Below, piece after piece: positions 23,215 through 23,486 of a stretch of DNA of 23,486 bases. Source of the stretch: an uncultured Deinococcales bacterium (GTDB lineage Bacteria; Deinococcota; Deinococci; Deinococcales; JAAFIG01); NCBI GenBank assembly GCA_964244895.1, contig CAXTKV010000064.1, positions 1 to 23,486 of the forward strand. Direction: 5' to 3'. Below the pieces are notes generated by a model. That model made no database searches, was not told the origin of the DNA, and saw only the letters and a list, made by a program, of their open reading frames with translations. The number at the start of each line of letters is the position of its first letter. Position 1 is the first letter of the stretch. The position numbers were made by a program, and so were the translations under genes.

Positions 23215-23486
23215 CACAAGCTGCCGAAACACCCACCACACCGAACGTGCTGGCCGCCAACGGCAAGCCGAAAATCATCGGCTTCGTCTGCGAGTGGAGC
23301 TTGGGCCGCACCGACCTGATCTTCGAGGACGGCACGGTCAAAGGCATGGAGCACATCAAAACCATCAAGATTCCCTGCTCGGGCTTTGTCAAGACCGAGT
23401 GGGTCACGCTGGCCTTCGAGAACGGCGCCCAGGGCGTGTTCGTGCTGGGCTGCCCGTTGCGCGATTGTCACTTCAACGAGGGCAAC
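23211..23486 (+). CDS. MvhD/FlpD-like [2Fe-2S] subunit, 5' part (truncated by the window edge)
   Basis: Manual translation: MTQAAETPTTPNVLAANGKPKIIGFVCEWS...IKIPCSGFVKTEWVTLAFENGAQGVFVLGCPLRDCHFNEGN. This matches the MvhD pattern PKIxxFxC, CSGRV, GADGVxxxGCxxxDCHYxxGN. ATGA overlap with the previous gene; absent from the ORF track. Confidence 0.87.
   Translation, partial: MTQAAETPTTPNVLAANGKPKIIGFVCEWSLGRTDLIFEDGTVKGMEHIKTIKIPCSGFVKTEWVTLAFENGAQGVFVLGCPLRDCHFNEGN

Noticed and set aside
23211..23486. Evidence for a hydrogenase or methanogen-type metabolism
   Set aside because: An MvhD-like module is only an Fe-S adaptor; no catalytic hydrogenase or Hdr subunit is in the window.

Overview
GC-rich bacterial window, probably Deinococcota. 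This is an inference from the many leaderless TANNNT-N5-8-start promoters and the gene content. The left two-thirds (1-15.2 kb) holds housekeeping and accessory genes: YifB/ComM ATPase (5' part only), a divergent MerR/aldo-keto reductase pair with twin 19-bp-spacer promoters, a GNAT acetyltransferase, a hemolysin-III/PAQR protein, a secreted hypothetical protein, MarR plus a DHA2 MFS exporter with a large extra domain, RidA, a GH38 alpha-mannosidase, TruA and a lipid-A-disaccharide-synthase-related protein. Intergenic regions are dense in repeats: about 11 loci of a CACCGTCCnGGACG palindromic family (several overlapping coding ends), two inverted copies of a ~135-145 bp MITE-like element carrying GTAG-type REP doublets around ridA, and roughly 10-fold excess CTCGAG (hand count). 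The right third (15465 to the window end) is one tightly coupled respiratory operon. It encodes a divergent C-family (cbb3-like) heme-copper oxidase, a diheme CcoO fusion, CcoS-like and CcoP-N-like peptides, a lipoprotein cytochrome c, a Rieske protein, two cytochromes b, two small membrane proteins and an MvhD-like Fe-S subunit. The two cytochromes b are complementary. One keeps a Qo-like motif and the bL ligands but has lost both bH ligands. The other keeps all four heme His, lacks PEWY, and is fused to a cytoplasmic 2x[4Fe-4S] domain. This suggests an asymmetric heterodimeric bc complex that sends its low-potential electron to a cytoplasmic Fe-S chain. That is the main hypothesis and it is not demonstrated here. 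All family calls come from motif recognition by eye; no searches were run.
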